64,000 bases of DNA, from NCBI GenBank assembly GCA_964016885.1, contig OZ024743.1, positions 251,410,001 through 251,474,000 on the forward strand, given 5' to 3'. The stretch comes from Eledone cirrhosa. Taxonomy: Eukaryota. Each line of letters opens with the position of its first letter. The stretch's first letter is position 1. Below are positions 49,075-61,694 of the stretch, in pieces. The translations under genes were made by a program, and so were the position numbers. Below the pieces are notes generated by a model. It searched no databases. It worked only from the letters and a program-made list of their open reading frames with translations, and was not told the DNA's origin.

Positions 49075-50822
49075 TATAATATAATGATAATATAATGAAA
49101 TTATTGTGTAAAGTGCTCAGGTGCACTACAACTCGTCAAAGGTGCATGTATAGTACATAGAATAATACACAAATGTCAGGGAAGTGAATAGTGTATGAGT
49201 CATGATATACATGTGTGTATGTGTATGGAGGGGGAACATTAGGTGTAGTGTTGGTGAATCTCGGGAAGCATGGAGGCCTTAAAGGATGCAGTGTCTTGAC
49301 AGCTAACAACCGATGCAGGTAGTTTGTTCCATGCTTCAGCAACTCTGAGCGTGAAAAAATGTTTCCGAAAGTCATGGGAACTGTACTGTTTTCTGACTTT
49401 GTGGGCATGCCCACGTGAGTTAGACACATGGAAATCAAAAAGGTACGCAGGGTTGTTGTTGGCAAGATGGTTAACAATTTTGTGGGTGTTTACCAAGTCA
49501 GTTGCCAGGCGTCGGAGCTTCAATGTATCCATGCCCAGGGAAGCAAGGATCTCAGAGTATGGTAGATGCCTGATGGAGGGTATTCACTTGGTTGCACGTC
49601 TCAGAACAGTTTCCAGGTGGTCAATGTTCTGAGCAAGATAGGGGCTCCAGACTCGTGATGCAAATTCTAAGTGTGGCCGCACCATAGCCATGTACAGCCT
49701 TAAATAGATAGCTGGAGAGTGGCTGACAAAGGTCTTGCTGAGTGATGCTAAGACACCCTCGACCCTCTTGACAATTTTAGAGACGTGCTTCGTCCAACGC
49801 AAATCGCTGCTGACCGTAATAACCAGGTCACGTTCACAAGAAGACTTCTTGATATTAGTGCTGTGGAGGGAGTATGTGGACGCTGGGTTTTTACTCCCAA
49901 AATACATGGTGGTGCACTTGTCCACAGCTAGCTTGAGTTGCCAGTCTGAGATCCATTGTTGCATTGTGTCCAGGTCAGACTGCAAGCAAGATCTATAGTG
50001 TTCAGGATCTGTCCTTTTTATCTCAAGGTACAGCTTGATGTCATCTGCGTACTTTAGTACTGTGGAATTCTTTAAGTTGGCATCTATGTCATTAATATAT
50101 GCCACAAACAAAAGGGGGCCAAGAGCAGATCCCTGTGGTGCACCAGATGACATCTCATATGGTGAGGAATGCTGTCCCAGAACCATGACTACCTCTCTTC
50201 GATTGAGAATGAAGGACTTCAACCAGTTAAAAAGATCATCCTTCACACCCATTGCAGAGAGTTTTGCCATAAGCCTTTTGTGTGGCACAGAATTGAAAGC
50301 TTTTGCAAAGTCAAAGTAAACAACATCCACCCATGAGCCGCTATCAGTGATCCGGGTGATGTCTTCAAGAAACTCGATAAGTTGATCACAGCAGCTGGAG
50401 TTGGGGATAAATCCAAATTGCGAGGGCCGGATAAGACTGTGAGAGTTCCAGAAGTTCCAAAGTGTTTCTCTGACACAGGATTCCATCAGTTTGGCAGTGC
50501 AGCTATTAAGACTGACTGGACGATAGTTCACAAGTGATGTGCGGTCACCCTTTTTGAACAGAGGAATGACACTGGCAGTTTTCCACTGTTCTGGAGTAGC
50601 ACCGTTGTTCAGACAGAATTGGAAGAAGCATGATAACTGGTGCAGAAGGAAGTACCCACCACGTTTAAGAAGCAGGTACGTAACACCATCAAGACCAGGA
50701 GAGGCATAGTTGCGTTTATTTTTTATGTGACGTCGCAGCATTGCAGGTGTAAAATCCATGGTTGTAATAGAGTCCGGTGTCATAGGTGGTGGAGATGGTA
50801 CACTCTGGTCTTCAATAGTGAA
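49075..50822 (-). mobile_element. CR1-clade LINE, 5'-truncated ORF2 with 3' UTR and (ATT)-rich tail
   Basis: SPGLDG, PLFKKGD..NYRPVSL, QFGF, FDFAKAF, GAPQGSALGPLLF, YADD, RPHLEFAS.VWSP, RGHAHK, FFTLRVAEAWNKLP. One frameshift near 49585. Confidence 0.92.
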
Positions 50823-50920
50823 AATGCCTAATTTAGTGTAAAATAGGTGTTTCATGGAAGCTTGAGCAATTGAAACCAGGAAATTAACTGGGCTGTTTGT
50901 GTGCATGCCTATATATATAA

Positions 50921-51201
50921 CTTGTGGTGTGCAGGAGAGAAGGCTGATATGGTATGGACATGTGATGCACATGGAGGATGACTGATTGGTGAAGAAGTGC
51001 CAGGAAGTCCCAGTGGAGGGAAGATGCAGTAGAGGTAGATCACGAAAAACATGGGTGGAGGTGGTGAGAGCAGACCTCAGTTCACTGAAACTCACGGAAG
51101 AGATGACGAAGGACCGTGATGGGTGGAGAGATGCTGTGCTGAATAGGACCTGTCCAACCCTTGCAAGCAGGGAAAAGCAGACATAAAATGATGATGATGA
51201 T
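50921..51201 (+). mobile_element. RTE LINE 3' fragment (subfamily C, short 3' UTR)
   Basis: RRLIWYGHVM...GRSRKTWVEVV and (GAT)n tail. Confidence 0.85.
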
Positions 51202-53164
51202 ATGAAAATGTTTAACCCCAACGGCAGAGCTCAAGCCATTTCGATTGCTATGTCTGTGTCTCGCTCATATAGAAGTGTATCTGGCATATATAAATATATA
51301 AACACACACACATATATGTATGTATCTTTGTCATTATCATATATTTATGCCTGCTTGTATATGTTAGCATATGTTGAATAAGACTTTTGTAGTAGTAATC
51401 TATTGCTGGATGCACTTTCTAACATCATGATACCTGCTCCTCTAATCTTTACCCATGAAACTGCTTGGCAGAATAGTATGCAAGGAGTCAGAATAAATCA
51501 TACTAGACATCCACTTCACCATTCTAACAATTCCACTAGTCTGCTACAACTTAGACTGTATTTCATTTTATCAGGAGTTGACCATGGCAAGATTTAAACT
51601 CAGAAAGCTACGAACTGAATCTTATAGTCTCAAGGCATCTCATCTTCCTCTCTTACAATGGCATTAGTCCAAGACTGGTACCTGAATTTATTAGGAGCAG
51701 GTGCTTTTTGTAGTACCAGAACTAATGCCCTGCTGTATGAACTGTGTGCCTTTTGTCATAGCACCAGCATTACCACCTTACAGACTAGACTGGGTTATTT
51801 TTTGTTGTTGTTGCACCAGACTAATGCTTTACTGTATGAACTGGGTGCTTTAAATAATAGCACTGGCACCTTACAGAGGTTGGGAACTAATGTCTAACAA
51901 TTTAACACCTCTTGTTTTCAAAAGTCTTATGTTTGTTTAGATGAAAATATTTTAATAATTTTGTTGTTTTTCATGTATTTTCTGTGATAAAACATTATGC
52001 TACTTACAGACAAAAACAAAATACACAGAACCAAAACAGATTTCAAGGAAAACTAAAAAAAAAAAAGTCAAAAAGATTAAAAGCCAAAAAAGAATTGGAA
52101 AATAAGGATAATTGTTTCCAATTATTTTTTAATTTTGTGTTCTTCATTTTATTTTTATTACCAAAGTAAAACTGTTTCTTATTTCTGAAACAAACTCTTC
52201 CTGGTAATAGAACAATTTTCAGTTGACAACAAATAAGCTAATTTACTAAACAACAACAACTATGAAGAAAAAACAACACTAACATGAAAGAAATAGAAGA
52301 GGTAGTGCATGGGTAGGGTAGAGGAGAAAAATAACACTTTTTATTATATTTATTATTATTATTATTATTGATTAATGTTTGATGTTTTCTAGTGTTGTTT
52401 TATTTTTGAATTTTTTGATTTTATATTTAACAAAAGAAATTGTTTTAATGGCATGCCTCTCTTGTACTGAACACCATAAAGATAATTAAGATTGTATATT
52501 TATATATATAAAACAGGAAAAATATTTAGTAATACTTTTCACTTATATCTTAAATAAATATTAAGTGTTGTATTTGTTTGGCAAGTGACTTGATCCAAGA
52601 TTGTGTTGAAACTAAAGCAATTCCATCATAGAAGAGTCATTTTGGCCATTAAAAGAATATACAGAATCTGTTAAATTTACTTGACATTTATCATTTATTT
52701 CTTTGCGTCAACATTTTCATCATACTTTTCGTAACTTGATTACTGACAGTATATGTTACAAATGCCAAATAAATAATAAATTCTTGATTTTTTTTTTTTT
52801 CTTTCTTTTTTTTGTTCTCAAAATGTCTTGAAAGCATTCAGCAATGTCTTTCGTTAGAAATAAGGTAATAAACAGGCTAAAGTGTCTATATTTATCTTTA
52901 AATGTTTGATTATAATTTTATGGAAGAACCTTTATGTCCCACATATATACTAAATCACTCCAATTTCTTTTATTATTTTAAAATGTATGTGAAAATTGTA
53001 GGCACTCAATTTTATAGAAATATAGTAATGAAAAGGTTATATTCTTTCAGAAACAAACTTGAAATAAATTTATCCTGAAAGAAAGAATATCAAGTAATCT
53101 TGGAATGATTTCATTTTATTCAAAAACATTTTTATTTTATTTTAATCTCTCTCTCTCTCTCTCT

Positions 53165-53196
<32 letters not shown>

Positions 53197-53285
53197 CAGG
53201 GTCTCCCCAAAAATGTATACATACTTTGATTACCTGTACAGGCAATATTTATTAGAATGGTGTATACATTTTTTGGGACACCCTA
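53197..53285. mobile_element. Tc1/mariner-type MITE (~90 bp)
   Basis: CAGGGTCTCCCCAAAAATGTATACA...TGTATACATTTTTTGGGACACCCTA in TA context. Second copy at 55923. Confidence 0.8.
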
Positions 53286-54539
53286 TTTATATATATATCA
53301 TTTATTTGATCATTAAGCTACTTAAAAGATAAACTGATTCCCAGAAGACAATGTGTATGAACCAACTTAAAAATATTGTCGCTGCTGCAGTAGGGAATAA
53401 AACCAATGTCGAATTGAAATTGAAAATTCTGGAAGATAGAAATCATCCCTCTACCCCAATCCTCCAAAGATCCCCCCTTTCCTTGATCCCAAAGACCAGA
53501 ATGATATCAAAAAAGCCAAAATAAGCCTGAAAATAATTGAATGAAACTTAATATATTTTCCTTCCCAAGATATCCACCAAAAGATATTCTCTCAGGAGGA
53601 ATGCAGTCTTTCTCTTGTGGGATTGAATTCTTTGAAAATTATATTGGTTGGACTGGCTTATGCATAAAATTCTTGAATTTCCCTCAAAGAAAAAACATTT
53701 TTTAAATGCGTTTTTATTTGTATTTTTATCTATATTTTATATTTTTATTTTCTGCAAATGTTTAGGAAAACATTTAGTTAAAATTGTTGTCAGTCTTATT
53801 CCTTGTTGCTATTTCCTTCGCACTAAATTGTGCAACATCATTTAAATGCATTTATGCACATACAAATGCATTTATGCTATTCACATGCATTTATGCAATT
53901 CACATGCATTTATGCACCTACACATTTCTGTATACACATACATATATAATACATACATATGCACAGACATGCTTTTATGCACATGCATATACATTTATAC
54001 AGGCACATGCCTGGATGCATATATTTATGCATATACATATATATTTATTCACATTCATATAGTCATGAACACTCATTTATACATACACATATATTTATGC
54101 ACCTGCAAATATATTTATGCATGCTCGTACATTTAAGCACATACATGCAGCTAGTCACACACACATATATTTATACACATTTCATAATCATCGTTTAATG
54201 TCCATCCTCTCTGTTAGCAAGGGTTGGACATGCCATCATAGATTGTCAGTACTCATATAAATTTCTGACTTCCAGGTAGGCTGGGGACATGACATATCTC
54301 ACACTCTACCCAGTGCAATTCATTATGGTGCCAACACTGGGGAAGTTGACACTTCTGTGGCACAGCTGAATCATCCTGCCATCACTTTGGTTGGCAAAAT
54401 TTCTGTGGATCAATACCCTTCCTACCACTAACCACTCTACATTCATATGCAAACACAGTCAGTTATTCACACATGTTAAGCAACAAATGTAATTTTTTAC
54501 ATAACTAAGTACTTATTTGCATATGTATAGATATGTGTC

Positions 54540-54570
<31 letters not shown>

Positions 54571-54609
54571 TCAAATATATTCTATATATATATATATTCT
54601 ATATATATA

Positions 54610-54938
54610 TAGATATTCAAAACAACAAACAGCGGAGGACGCGTTTCGCACCTTTCCGACAGACAACCTTTCCCCCGCCCCGGAAAAAAAACCCAGTTGA
54701 TAGATGTGAACCGAAATATATAAGGACAATTAAATCTCTCCCAAGGTAACTCTCTCTCGTGTTGTTATTTTTATTTTATCCTTTATACTCTTTCCTTCAT
54801 TCTTCTACACGTCTTATGCACACCACGCATCTCAACGTACACCCACTTACATCTCTCTCTCCACCACCGGATCTTGTTACCCGAAGATTTACCCATTTGC
54901 ATTGTCGAGGCTTCCAAACGACTTAAAGATATTTACCT
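54610..54938. mobile_element. Possible PLE terminal relic between TA tracts
   Basis: Minus-strand CGAAACGCGTC (typical 3' half of a PLE hammerhead) at ~54638-54648 and plus-strand CGAAATATATA. No intact CUGANGA. Confidence 0.35.
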
Positions 54939-54959
54939 ATATATATATATATATCTCAT

Positions 54960-55200
54960 GATCAACATATAACGTACATTTTCTACGCTAGCATGGGTTA
55001 GATGGGTTGTCCCATTAGAGGCATATTGGGTCAGGTGACGATGTCCTGCTTATATAGGACTGTTTTAGGCTAGGTTTCTATGGCTGGATGCCCTTCCTAA
55101 TACCAACCACATTTACAGTGTCGTGCTGGGCGTTTTTTGTCACGACTCCTACTTTACAGTGTTGGATGGATGCTTTTTGTCCTGACACCTACACAACCAT
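54960..55200 (-). mobile_element. RTE 3'-UTR fragment
   Basis: GCTAGCATGGGTTAGATGGGTTGTCC and GGCTGGATGCCCTTCCTAA.ACCAACC. Confidence 0.7.
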
Positions 55201-55922
55201 CTTAGAGTGCGGCTAAGAAATTGAAGGGAATGGGGAGAAGCATAGATATTCGTTTTTTTTTCTCTATATTAGTAAAGGAGGAGAAAAACAAAATAAAAAG
55301 GGAAAAAAATGGCGAAAGAGAAACAGAAAGATGCAGTCTGAAGGGAAACAAGTTGTTTGGCCTGGGTGGTAATGTATGGGATGGCATGGTTGGAAAAAAA
55401 ACAAGAGGCTATATTACATGATGAATGACATAAACCTTCTCCTTATGAGTTGAGAGTGAGTGAATTAAAAAGGCTAAGAAGGGGATGGGGGAAGTCAGGG
55501 TATCTGTTTTTTCTCTAGATCAGTAAGGGAGGAAGAAAACAAGGTGAAGGAGAATATATATTTGTATATCATCATCATAATTGTTTAACATCTATTTTCC
55601 ACGCTAGCATGGGTTAGATGGGTTTGTCCTATTTGAAGCAAGATCAAAACTTGCCTATTACTTTCACCAAGTTGTCTTATACACAAAGTCTATTCCCATT
55701 GCAACCTTAAATTGCCTCTCATTCTCTGAACACCCTTAAATGCAGCTTTTGGCTTGGAATTGCGAGGACAGTCTTAGTTAAGTGATACTTTTTTCCAATT
55801 CACCATATTTTAGGCTGCAAGATTTTATTTGTTTGTATATGTTATTGTATGTGTGTGTGTATATGTATGTATATATGGGTGTGTGTATGTGATACATACA
55901 TACACACACATATAAATATATA

Positions 55923-56024
55923 TAGGGTGTCACCCCAAAATATGTATACACACTTTGATTACCTGTGCAGGCAATATTTATTAGAATATGGTTGAAGTGT
56001 GTATATATTTTTGGGAACACCCTA
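55923..56024. mobile_element. Tc1/mariner-type MITE, second copy
   Basis: Same TIRs and internal ACTTTGATTACCTGT.CAGGCAATATTTATTAGAAT as 53197. Confidence 0.8.
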
Positions 56025-56371
56025 TATATATATATGTACATATATGCACACACATGCATGTGAATTTTGTTATTTTTATACAGTTTGTTAGGAAAGATCT
56101 TGTTGCTTGCTTTCATCGTTTATTCATTGGATTCCATCAAAAAGTGATTCTTATAGAAAATAGCAAGATTAAATCCAGCCTTTTAATACAAAATCAACTT
56201 CCTTTTTGGAAAATTCGATTTATTTACTTATTTTATTTTTGGAGGATTGTTGTTAGTGTTGTTGTTGTCCTTACCATTAAGCACACAAACAATTAGAGAA
56301 TTATATGCATTTGAGATACAAAATATTCAGTAGTAAATTTTATTCTTCATATACATATATATGTGTGTGTG

Positions 56372-56410
<39 letters not shown>

Positions 56411-56559
56411 TATGAAGAGAGAAGAGATATATATATATATATATACATATGTATATATAAACATATATATATATATATACATATGTATATATAAACATAT
56501 ATATATATACATACATATGTATATATAAACATATATATATATATAAACATATATATATA

Positions 56560-59520
56560 AATTTTTCTGGGTGGGAAATGACGATGGGATGGGTGGTGTA
56601 GGTATACTACTAGCTGACAAGTGGGTAGATAAAGTAATCTCAGTGTACAGGGTAAATGCAAGAATCATTAAACTCAGACTAGTCCTGAATAAAACAATTA
56701 CCACAATAATATCAGCCTACGCACCCCAATCGGGGTTGCCAGACGAACTTAAGGATAGATTTTACGAGTCCCTAATGCACACTGCTGCTCTAACAAACGA
56801 CAATGACTTCCTAATCATCGCAGGAGATTTTAACGGACATGTAGGTAAACACTGTGATAGCTTCAATAGAGTCCATGGAGGCCATGGGGTTGGCACAAGA
56901 AATGAAGAAGGATTCAGACTTCTAGAATTCTGCGACGCCAATGACATGTCGATATGTAACACAAACTTCAAAAAACCCGACAACCACCTGATCACCTATA
57001 GATCATGGGAGCATTCTAGTCAGATGGATTTTATCCTCATCAGAGGATGTGACAGATGGACGGTCGTAAACACAAAAGCCTTCCCTAGTGAGAAATGTAC
57101 CTCCCAACATAGCTTAGTTGCCAGCAACCTCACGGTCAGAACTAGATGAACCTGGAAACAGAGGCCAACCTGGAGAAGAAAGATCTGGAAGCTGAAAGAG
57201 CCCTCAGCCAGTAACAGATTTAAAGATATTTTACTCAACGCCTACGACAGTAGAGAAGAACAGATAGAGACATTCAATGTAGAAGAGCACTGGGAGTTCC
57301 TAAAAAATAACTTACTAGAGACGACGGATGAGGTCTGTGGCTGGAGTAAGACCACAAGCAGGAGGAGAGTGACTTGGTGGTGGAACAATAAGGTAGATGA
57401 GGCAATTAAGGCCAAGAGACAGGCATGGAAAGATTGGAAGAACGGGGGGAGCAGGCTACGTTACATAGAGACCAAGAGGGAAGCTAGGCAACAAGTATAT
57501 TGAGCTAGGAGGGAAGCAGAGGATAGAAAATTCAAGCATGTTTTGCAACTTTGCAACGTGAGGACCAGAAACAGGAGGTGTTCAAGATTGCGAGGCAGTG
57601 TGTCAAAGAGAATTGTGATCTCATTGGAGAGAAGTGTATCCGGAATGATAAAGGTGAGCTTGCCCTCACAAGTGCTGAGAAGAAAGATGCATGGAAGAGT
57701 CATTATGATAGATTACTAAATGAGGAGAATGCATGGGAAGAAAAGACCCTACCCCAAGTAGAGGGGCCAGCAGTACAAGTCAGCAGCAGCATAGTAAGTA
57801 AGGCAATCAAAGATATGAAGATGGGGAAGACAACCGGTCCATCGGGTATAGCTGCCGAGATGCTGAAGACATCTGGGTCTGTAGGTCACACTATAACCAC
57901 ACGTATTGTTAACCAGGTAATACTAGAAGGTGTCATACCAAAAGATCGGTGCAGTAGCATCATTGTCAACTGCTACAAAAGTAAAGGTGATGCACTAGAT
58001 AGAGGAAACTATAGAGGTATAAAGCTGATGGACCAAGAGAAAGCCTTTGACAGAGTTCCACGTGCTGTTAGCTGGTGGGCTCTTAGAAAACTAGGAGTAG
58101 ATGAATGGCTTGTGAAAGCTGTACAAGCCATGTATAGGGGAGCAGTCAGCAAAGTTAGGATTAGCAATGAGTTTAGCGAGGAATTTAGCGTACAGGCTGG
58201 TTTCCACCAGGGCTCTGTTCTTAGCCCTCTCCTGTTCATCATAGTCCTGCAGGCAATAACGGAGGAGTTTAAGACCGGATGCCCATGGGAACTCCTGTAT
58301 GCTGATGACCTCGAACTTATAGCTGAATCTATGGTAGAACTAGAGAAGAAATTCCAAACTTGGAAGCAGGGACTAGAAAGAAAGGGTCTCAAAGTCAACA
58401 TGACAAAGACTAAGGTCCTTGTAAGTAGACGAGAAAACAGAACCCAGATCCTCTCAGGGAAATGGCCTTGCTCAATATGTAGGATAGGTGTAGGTAGGAA
58501 CTCCATTCTCTGCCCCAAATGCAAACAATGGGTACACAAGAGATGTAGCGGGATCTCAGGAAGCTTAATTAAGAATGTAGGCTTCACATGCAGCAGCTGT
58601 ACTGGGACAGCAAGCAGGAAACAGCCACAGGAAACAAGTACCACCAATCTCTGGGAGGGCTCTGTAGAGGACAGCTTCTACTTCCTAGGTGACCGAATTA
58701 GCAGCGGAGGTGGGTGTTCAGAAAAAACAATAACTAGGGTAAGAACGGGATGGAAGAAGTTCAGGGAACTACTGCCACGGCTAGCTGCAAAAGGCTTCTC
58801 CCTCAAAATGAAAGGCAGACTGTATGATGCATGTATCCGAACAGCAATGTTACATGGTAGTGAGACCTGGGCGCTGAAGGTGGAAGACTTACGTAGATTA
58901 GAGAGAAATGAAGCCTGCATGCTCCGATGGATGTGTAACAGTAATATACGTGAACGACAAAGCATAAATGAATTGAGAGAGAGACTGAGCATAAGAGGAA
59001 TCAAATGCTGTGTGCAGGAGAGGCGGTTGTGTTGGTATGGCCATGTGATGCGTATGAAGGATGACAGCTGCATAAAAAGGTGCAGAGCACTAGAAGTCAA
59101 TGGAAACCGCGGAGTGGGGAGACCCAAGATGACCTGGGATGAGGTGATAAAAGCTGACCTTACCCAATTAAACCTCTCAAAGGCGATGACACATGACCGT
59201 GACCTCTGGCGTCACGCAGTAATACAGAGTACCCGACCTCCCATGGGTACAAGCTGAAGCATATAGACAACATGCCCCCACACCCTCCCATTGCAAGGTG
59301 GACGTGTAGGCGCCACGAAAATGCACCCAGCACTCACTGTAAATGAGGTTGGTGTTAGGAAGGGCATCCAGCTGTAGAAATCAAGCCAAATCAGTTCCTG
59401 TATGAGCAAGGCATGGTCAGCTGACAAGACACTGCCGACAACAGGACAACCCGTCTAACCCATGCTAGCATGGAAGAACGGACGTAAAACGGTGATGATG
59501 ATGATGATGATGATGATGAT
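56560..59520 (+). mobile_element. RTE-clade LINE, near full-length (APE-RT-Cys finger), inactivated (subfamily A)
   Basis: APE motifs GGVGIL, SAYAPQ, AGDFNGHVG, QMDFIL. RT motifs GPSGI, NYRGIKL, EKAFDRVP, HQGSVLSPLLF, YADD. Two in-frame TGA stops, one duplication frameshift, one internal deletion. (GAT)n tail. Confidence 0.95.
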
Positions 59521-59536
59521 ACATATGTATGTGTAT

Positions 59537-60180
59537 ATCATCATCTTCATCATCATCATTTTACGTCCGCTTTTCCCTGCTTGCAAGGGTGGGACGGGTC
59601 TTATTCAACACAGCATCTCTCCACTCGTCACGGTCCTTCGTCATCTCCACCGTGAGCTTCAATGATCTGAGGTCTGTTCTCACCACCTCCGCTCATGTTT
59701 TTCCTGGTCTACCTCTACCACGTCTTCCTTCAACTGGCATTTCCTGGCACTTCTTCACCCATGCGCATTACATGTCCATACCACCTCAGTCTCCTCTCCC
59801 GTACACTACATTCTATCCCTCTCAGACACAGTTTCTCTCTCAACACATTTATGCTGGGTCGTTCACGCACATTTACACTGCACATCCAACGGAGCATGCT
59901 TGCCTCATTTCTCTCCAGCCCACGCATATCCTCTGCAGTTGCTGCCCATGTCTCACTACCATGCAGCATCGCACTCCTCGCACAGGCATCATACAACCGG
60001 CCTTTCGTACGCAGGGAGAAACCCTTCTTCATCAACAGAGGAAGCAGCTCCCTAAACTTCTTCCAACCCGTCCTTATTCTAGATACTATGGCCTCGGAAC
60101 ACCCTCCTCCCATGCTAATCTGATCTCCTAGGTACCGGAAACTATCCACCACTTCTATAGCACCCTCCTGCATTTGAAAA
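59537..60180 (-). mobile_element. RTE LINE 3' fragment (subfamily C), tail-to-tail with the previous copy
   Basis: FRYLGD...WKKFRELLPLL...MLHGSETW...RRLRWYGHV. (ATC)n at 59537. Confidence 0.9.
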
Positions 60181-60523
60181 ATGTGTCTATCAATGCGACT
60201 ATGTGTATATATAAACATATATATATGTATATATATATACATATGTATGAGTGTATATATATATATATATACTTATATATATATATACACACATATATAT
60301 ATGTATATATACACATATATATATGTATATATATATATATACACATACACATATATGTATATATACACACATACATATATATATATATGTAAATATACAC
60401 ACATATATATATATTATATATATACACATATATATATGTATATATATATACACATACACATATATGTATATATACACATACACATATATGTATATATACA
60501 CATATATATATATATATATATAT

Positions 60524-60742
60524 ATAGGAACGAGTAGGACCCCGACGGCTGAGCTCAAGCCGTTTCAACGGCTAATTCTGGACTAATATATTATTTTAGT
60601 CTAGAATTAGCCGTCAAAACGGCTTGAGCTCTGCCGTCGGGGTCCTACTCGTTCCTATTACCCACTCTACTACCCTAAGTATTGAGTACTTTGGTGCGTT
60701 ATGGTCCACCTGGTTCCTTACCACATTTCCTTCGTTATAAAA
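60524..60742. mobile_element. Fold-back cassette (63-bp arms plus ~85-bp tail) inside TA tracts, probably PLE-derived
   Basis: Arms 60524-60586 / 60596-60658 with 4 mismatches. Related fragment at 51215-51250. Confidence 0.6.
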
Positions 60743-60773
<31 letters not shown>

Positions 60774-61209
60774 CACACACACACACACATACATATATGT
60801 ATATATACACATATATGTATATATATACACACATATATGTATATATATACACACATATATGTATATATACACACATATATTTATATATACACATATATGT
60901 ATATACACACATATGTATATATACACATATATATATATATATATATATAAACACACACACATATATATATATATACACACACACACATATATATATATAT
61001 ACACACTTATATATATTTATATATATATACACACACATTTAAGTTTGATAGGTTTCAGCCAGTATTTGCCCAGGCCAAATCTAACTTAATAGTACCACCC
61101 GGCGAAGTCTTTCAAATCAGGATTCGGACTCAAGTAGAAAGATATTATTTACAGAGACATATCCGGGTATCCATGATTTCTTTGAAAAAATTTTCCCAAA
61201 GATTTCTTG

Positions 61210-61680
61210 AACTTCATGGGGTCTGTTTCTGTTTTAATGTGTTTTGCTGTAATGTTAAAGAGAGCGGGGCCAATTGAGGTGAAATAATTGTGCCGTATTG
61301 TTATGAGATGCGAGTGTGATTTTTGTCATGGGCAGATAGCATGGGGCCCAAGCCTTGGGTGTACCTTAAAGGTGATGTCAACATCATTTGGGCAATACTG
61401 ATGGAATATTTTCCACATCAGGCAGACAATGTAGTGCTCACAATGATGTTGGAGAGAATAAAGGTTGAGCTTTTCTAGTCAACTCCAATAGTAAAGGCCT
61501 GTTATGCCATCTATATTTTTTGTAATTGACTTTTGAGGTGCTTCAACTTTCACGATACTTTGTTTCATGTGGGGAGACCATAGTGGACAACAGTATTCGA
61601 GGTGAGGTTGAGCAAAAGTGGAGAAGAGAAGGATAACAGTGTGGATATCTCTCGACTGGAAGGTTCTGAGTGCTCCACCC
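61210..61680 (-). mobile_element. CR1-like LINE 3' relic
   Basis: LRTFQSRD...QPHLEYCCPLWSPH...VEAPQKSIT. Confidence 0.75.
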
Positions 61681-61694
61681 ATGTTTGGAAGGCC

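Noticed and set aside
49584-51221. 545-aa ORF as a single gene
   Set aside because: Chimeric: the first ~130 aa are antisense RTE and spacer sequence fused by chance to a truncated CR1 ORF2.
57147-57502. Two in-frame TGA codons in the RTE as programmed readthrough
   Set aside because: The same copy has a duplication frameshift and an RT deletion, so ordinary decay is the simpler explanation.
61038-61140. Minus-strand GAAACCTATC motif next to a TA tract
   Set aside because: No convincing CUGANGA core or stem I.
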